Shown here: positions 61,599-64,000 of the stretch, piece after piece
Numbering within the stretch: the stretch's first letter is position 1
Layout of the letters: every line of letters begins with the position of its first letter
Assembly: GCF_021246445.1 (NCBI RefSeq)
Contig: NZ_JAJQXW010000005.1
Span: 62,001-126,000 of the forward strand
Length of the DNA stretch: 64,000 nt
Origin: Rhabdothermincola salaria
GTDB taxonomy: Bacteria; Actinomycetota; Acidimicrobiia; Acidimicrobiales; Acidimicrobilacustridaceae
Direction: 5' to 3'
The notes under the pieces: model-generated
The model's database searches: none
What the model saw: only the letters and a program-made list of their open reading frames with translations
Told to the model about the DNA's origin: nothing
Program-made: the position numbers and the translations under genes

Positions 61599-63374
61599 AT
61601 GGGCGCGGTGAGCCGTCCCGCCCCCCCACCGCCGGATCGCCTCGGTCCGGCACAGCCTCGGCGGGACCCACGCAACCCCTGGGCCCCCACGGCCTTCGCC
61701 CGGTTGGCTCGCACCCACGCCGCCGGCGTCGCCGGCGACGCCGTGTTCGCCATCGGCTTGGCCGGGTCGGTGTTCTTCTCGCTCGACTTCGACTCCGCCC
61801 GGTGGCGGGTGGCGCTCTACCTGGTGCTCACCATCGCCCCGTTCGCCATCGCCGCCCCGCTCATCGGGCCCGCCCTCGATCGCATCAAGGGTGGCCGCCG
61901 GTGGATCATCACCGGGTCCATGGCCCTGCGGGCCGTGCTGGCGCTGACCGTGGTGCGCTACCTCGACGACCTGTGGTTCTACCCGGCCGCCTTCGGCATG
62001 CTGGTGCTGGGCAAGGTGTACACGATCTCCAAGAGCGCAGTCGTGCCGGGCACCGTGCGCAACGACACCGAGCTGGTCGAGGCCAACTCCAAGCTCACCG
62101 TGCTGTCCGCCGTGGTGGTGGTCATCGCCGCCGCCCCCGCCGGTGCCCTGCTCGCCCTCGGCGGGTCCCGCTGGTCGCTGGGGCTCAGCGCCATCCTCTT
62201 CGTCGTGGCGACGGTGTTCGCCCTGCGCCTGCAGCCCACGGTGGTGGCCGACGAACCGGTCGGCGAAGCCGAGAAGGAAGAGCTGCGCAGCGCCGGCATC
62301 TTCCTCGCCGGCACCGCCATGTCGCTGGTGCGCGGCGTGGTCGGGTTCCTCGCCTTCATGCTGGCCTTCGCCTTCAAGGACGCCGGCGCACCCCTGTGGC
62401 AGCTCGGCGTGGTGGCCGCCACCGCCCAGATCGGCTTCTTCGTGGGCGCGGTCATCGCCCCGCGCCTGCGCCGCCTGGCCAACGAGGAGCAGATCCTGGT
62501 CGGTGCCCTCGTCATCATCGCCGTCGGTGGTCTGGCCACCGCGGTCATCGGTGGCCTCTTCGGTGCCGCGGTGATGTCGATGCTGGTGGGGGCCACGGGC
62601 AGTTCGGCCAAGCAGGCCTTCGACGCCATCCTCCAGCGTGACGCTCCCGATGCCAACCGCGGGCGGTCCTTCGCCCGTTTCGAGACCCGCTTCCAGCTCA
62701 TCTGGGTGATCGGTGCGCTCGTGCCGATCGTGGTGCCCGTGTCGGCACAGGTGGGCTTCGCCCTCATCGCGGTGGCGGCGTCGATCACCGCCGGCTGGTA
62801 CCTCCTCGAGCTGCGGCGCATCCGCCAGGGCAACGTGCCCGTCCGGCGGCGGGGCTGGAAGCTCCGGCCCCTCTTCGGTCCTGGGGTCCGCTCGCCGCAC
62901 CCGCTCACCCCCGAACCCGAACCCGATTCCGACGGCGAATCCGACGGCGACCAGGTCGCGGCCACCGCCACCGCCGACCACGACCGACGTCCTGCGCCGC
63001 CCACCCCTGCGCCGCCCACCCCTGCGCCGCCCGACCCCACCCTCGTCGACGGCGACGCCACCACCGTGCGGCGCGGCTTCGCCGTCGACCCGCCGTGGGC
63101 GTCGCGCTCGTCCACCGCCAGCCGGCCCGGAGCCGACGTCACCACCGTCACCGACGCGCCGCCGCCACCCGATCGGGCCCGGCGGTGGATGCGCCGGGCC
63201 CCCGAACCGGACGCGGGGCCGAGCGGGGGCACCGGCGCGGCGCCGCCCGAGGTCTGTGGCCAGGGGATGCTGTTCGGCCCCGAGGCGTGGGACGAGGCGG
63301 TTCCCTCCGACGACGCGGTTCGCGGCGACGAGGCCGCGCCGGCCGACGCCGACGAGGCACCCCCGTCCCCCTGA
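61599..63374 (+). CDS. MFS-type membrane protein with disordered C-terminal tail (alternative start GTG 61608)
   Basis: About 12 TMs, APFAIAAPLIGPALDR, GRSFARFET; tail has a 15-bp repeat x3 at 62991-63035. Confidence 0.82.
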   Translation: MGAVSRPAPPPPDRLGPAQPRRDPRNPWAPTAFARLARTHAAGVAGDAVFAIGLAGSVFFSLDFDSARWRVALYLVLTIAPFAIAAPLIGPALDRIKGGRRWIITGSMALRAVLALTVVRYLDDLWFYPAAFGMLVLGKVYTISKSAVVPGTVRNDTELVEANSKLTVLSAVVVVIAAAPAGALLALGGSRWSLGLSAILFVVATVFALRLQPTVVADEPVGEAEKEELRSAGIFLAGTAMSLVRGVVGFLAFMLAFAFKDAGAPLWQLGVVAATAQIGFFVGAVIAPRLRRLANEEQILVGALVIIAVGGLATAVIGGLFGAAVMSMLVGATGSSAKQAFDAILQRDAPDANRGRSFARFETRFQLIWVIGALVPIVVPVSAQVGFALIAVAASITAGWYLLELRRIRQGNVPVRRRGWKLRPLFGPGVRSPHPLTPEPEPDSDGESDGDQVAATATADHDRRPAPPTPAPPTPAPPDPTLVDGDATTVRRGFAVDPPWASRSSTASRPGADVTTVTDAPPPPDRARRWMRRAPEPDAGPSGGTGAAPPEVCGQGMLFGPEAWDEAVPSDDAVRGDEAAPADADEAPPSP

Positions 63375-63410
63375 GTCCCGAGCCTGCCGGTCGGCGACCT
63401 GGGGGTCCGG

Positions 63411-64000
63411 TCAGTCGGGCAGGTCGATGCGGGCCAGCCAGAGGCCCGGGGCGTCGATCTCGGCGGGGGTGGGCAGCGTGCGGTCGGACTCCCACAACCG
63501 GGCCAGGCCCTCGGCACCGGAACGCTCGACCACCCCGCCGACGAAGGCCGCGCCGCGGTCGTAGCTGGCCTGGGAGAGCTCGAGGCCGAGGAGCTTCTCG
63601 ACGAAGCGGTCCGACGAGTGGGCCTCCACCCGTCGCCGGCGCAACGCCTCGGTGAGCATCGGGTAGTCCTGCACCAGCCCGTGGCCCACCGTGTCCATGA
63701 TGTGGTCGACGTAGCCGACGATGGCCATGACCAAGGCCTCGAGGCGGGGCAGCAGCTCGCGCTGGGCGGGCGACTGGATGGCGCCGAGCAGGATCTCGGG
63801 GTCGCCGAACATCGACTGCTGCAGGTTGGTGAGCGAGGAGGGATCGCCGGGGTCGATGTCGCCCAGGCGGTCCTCGAGGGCGGAGGAGTCGGGCTGGAAC
63901 CCGCTCACGTAGGCCAGCAGCAGCTCGTCGAGCCGGGTCCGGACGTGGGGGAGGCGCAGCACCGTGTGGGTGGCGACCTCCTGCACGCAGACCCAGAGGC
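63411..64000 (-). CDS. zincin-like protein, DUF2342-type (5' partial)
   Basis: GYVDH, EALRRRR, LLGLEL, YDRGAAFV, LPTPAEIDAPGLWLARI. Confidence 0.8.
   Translation of the reverse strand, partial: LWVCVQEVATHTVLRLPHVRTRLDELLLAYVSGFQPDSSALEDRLGDIDPGDPSSLTNLQQSMFGDPEILLGAIQSPAQRELLPRLEALVMAIVGYVDHIMDTVGHGLVQDYPMLTEALRRRRVEAHSSDRFVEKLLGLELSQASYDRGAAFVGGVVERSGAEGLARLWESDRTLPTPAEIDAPGLWLARIDLPD

Overview
Very GC-rich, gene-dense actinobacterial chromosome segment; the gene repertoire suggests Acidimicrobiia (inference). About 60 CDS, mostly core or ancillary metabolism. In order: a partial D-aminoacylase-like amidohydrolase; an ABC-2 exporter; purN-purH, Maf, dusB, folD-metF; a heterodimeric ABC exporter; an IclR-regulated LLM/SDR/SDR cluster; mdh, Fpg/Nei, two MarR loci; a membrane-anchored three-domain copper nitrite reductase; sdhCAB; a block with GH2, AAA+ ATPase, rpiA, a degenerate GH1 and a VWA protein; two WhiB genes flanking a formiminotransferase; HtrA; and a ~16 kb phosphate region (ppk1, CYTH-CHAD, Nudix, two different pstSCAB operons, two phoU, phoR/senX3-phoP/regX3) with visible PHO boxes. 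I saw no tRNA, rRNA, CRISPR array, transposase or prophage gene. The least-explained structure is non-coding: a dispersed ~50-bp palindromic element (3 copies at 2 loci), a ~180-nt nested hairpin, repeated tandem duplication of stop-codon regions, and a 17-codon mini-ORF coupled at both ends. Also notable is a GH1-fold protein that appears to have lost its catalytic residues. All calls come from reading motifs by eye with no database search, and start codons were chosen by hand.
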